From assembly GCA_023213395.1 (NCBI GenBank), contig CM041465.1, forward strand, positions 71,865,741-71,929,740: a stretch of DNA of 64,000 bases, written 5' to 3'. The DNA comes from Cycas panzhihuaensis. Its lineage: Eukaryota > Plantae > Cycadophyta. Shown in pieces: positions 62,920-64,000 of the stretch. Each line of letters starts with the position of its first letter. The first letter of the stretch is position 1. Both the position numbers and the translations under genes were made by a program. The notes under the pieces were generated by a model that had not been told where the DNA came from, made no database searches, and worked only from the letters and a program-made list of their open reading frames with translations.

Positions 62920-64000
62920 ATGGCCTCCTTTGCTAGTTCGTTGATTGAGAGTGACAAACTTACAGAAATGAATTTTAGTGTTTGGAAAATCAAGATTGAA
63001 GGGTTGTTGAGAGCAAAGCATGCCTGGAAAATCACTACTGGGGCTAAAAAACAGCCTGTTGATGCAACAACCTTGACCAGTTGGAAGGAAAGAAATAATG
63101 TTGCTGCTTCAGTTCTTAAACTTTCGATTTTTGACTCATTATTAGTTTATGTGGATGGCCTAGAAAATGCAAATGAAATTTGGCAAGTTATGACTTCAAT
63201 GTTTAGTAGAACAAATGAAGCTAGAATTGTGGCATTAAGAGAAGAGCTCTATAAATTGAAAATGAGAGAGGTTCAAACTATGCCAGATTTTTTAACCAAG
63301 TTAACCAAAGATTAAACGCCCTTCTCACGTTGGGAGACAAGTTAATGATACGTAACTAATACACCTGGTGCTTAATAAACTTCCAAAGTCTTTTGATAAC
63401 ATGGTAAATATGTTGACAAGAGGAGGACATACAACCACAATGTCTTTTGATACTCTGACAGGACATGTGTATGCTCAAGAGCAAAGAAATCAAAGGTATG
63501 AAGAAGATTCAGAAATTGAAGAAGCACTCATTTCTAAACTTCAGTTAGGAGGTAGAGGAAGAGGACAATTCAATCTCAGATCAAGAGGAAGAACTCAGAT
63601 CAAGAGGAAGAACACCATCAAGCCACAGGGGACGTTGGACAGAAGGAAGAGGATGAGGAAGAATGATTAGCAATCCACCTCAAGATGCCAGAGTATGTTT
63701 TAACTGTGGAAAACTATGCCACTTTTCAAGTAAATGTAGAGTTTTTGATGTTTGTTATCACTGTGGCCAAACAGGTCATTACCCCTATCAGTGCTACCAG
63801 AAACGTACAAAATTGCAGAAAGGAAAACAACAGGTATTCGGAAATTATAGCAAAGAAAAAGACATACCAGAAGAAGAAATTGAAACTGCTTTTATTGCAA
63901 CTTTGGCAGCCAATGCAAGTACAACAGAAAACTGGTATATAGACTCAGTTGCCTCACATCATATGACAGGAGTCAAAGAATGGTTTGAAATCATCAAACC
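62920..64000 (+). pseudogene. gag: Degenerate copia gag (UBN2-type) with zinc knuckles and start of protease
   Basis: NFSVWKIKIEGLLRAKHAW, LNKLPKSFD, CFNCGKLCH/CYHCGQTGH; stops and frameshifts. Confidence 0.9.

Larger units (their letters stand above)
62016..64000 (+). mobile_element. Ty1/copia element, 5' part (same family as 1-1472)
   Basis: 206-bp LTR, PBS TGGTATCAGAGC 62222-62233, gag from 62920, protease WYIDSVASHHMTG near 63935. Confidence 0.95.

Overview
AT-rich plant nuclear DNA (my impression is a gymnosperm-type giant genome, but this cannot be proven from the sequence). It consists almost entirely of old, nested, mutationally decayed retroelements, and I see no intact intron-containing host gene, RNA gene or CRISPR array. 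Left to right: (1) the 3' end of a Ty1/copia element (1-1472), inserted into the extra 3' ORF of a minus-strand non-chromoviral Ty3/gypsy element 'A' (1473-9674); (2) the 3' remnant of a plus-strand relative 'B2' (9675-11265); (3) an LTR+PBS element lacking gag/pol that carries three intronless host-gene pieces, PPR antisense, NSR-type RRM and LIFEGUARD/BI-1 (11266-~14620); (4) a gypsy pol fragment; (5) a 5'-truncated L1 LINE interrupted by chromovirus C0 (16373-27205), which holds a full copia (21583-26897) in its 3' LTR; (6) non-chromoviral gypsy 'B' (~29604-50443, minus), with chromovirus C1 (29941-41186) in its 3' LTR and chromovirus C2 (31292-37041, inverted) in C1's gag; (7) chromovirus D (from 50444), which holds a non-autonomous A-family element A2 (51934-59378) in its gag and a copia (from 62016) in its pol. 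The two most notable observations are the gene-capturing LTR element and a Ty3/gypsy lineage (A, A2, B and a fragment) with two extra tandem capsid-like (Retrotrans_gag-like) modules between protease and RT. That lineage also has a sense-strand extra 3' ORF (A, A2, B, B2), and A and A2 additionally show four zinc knuckles and a tRNA-Glu-like primer binding site. Coordinates were counted by hand and may be off by a few bases.
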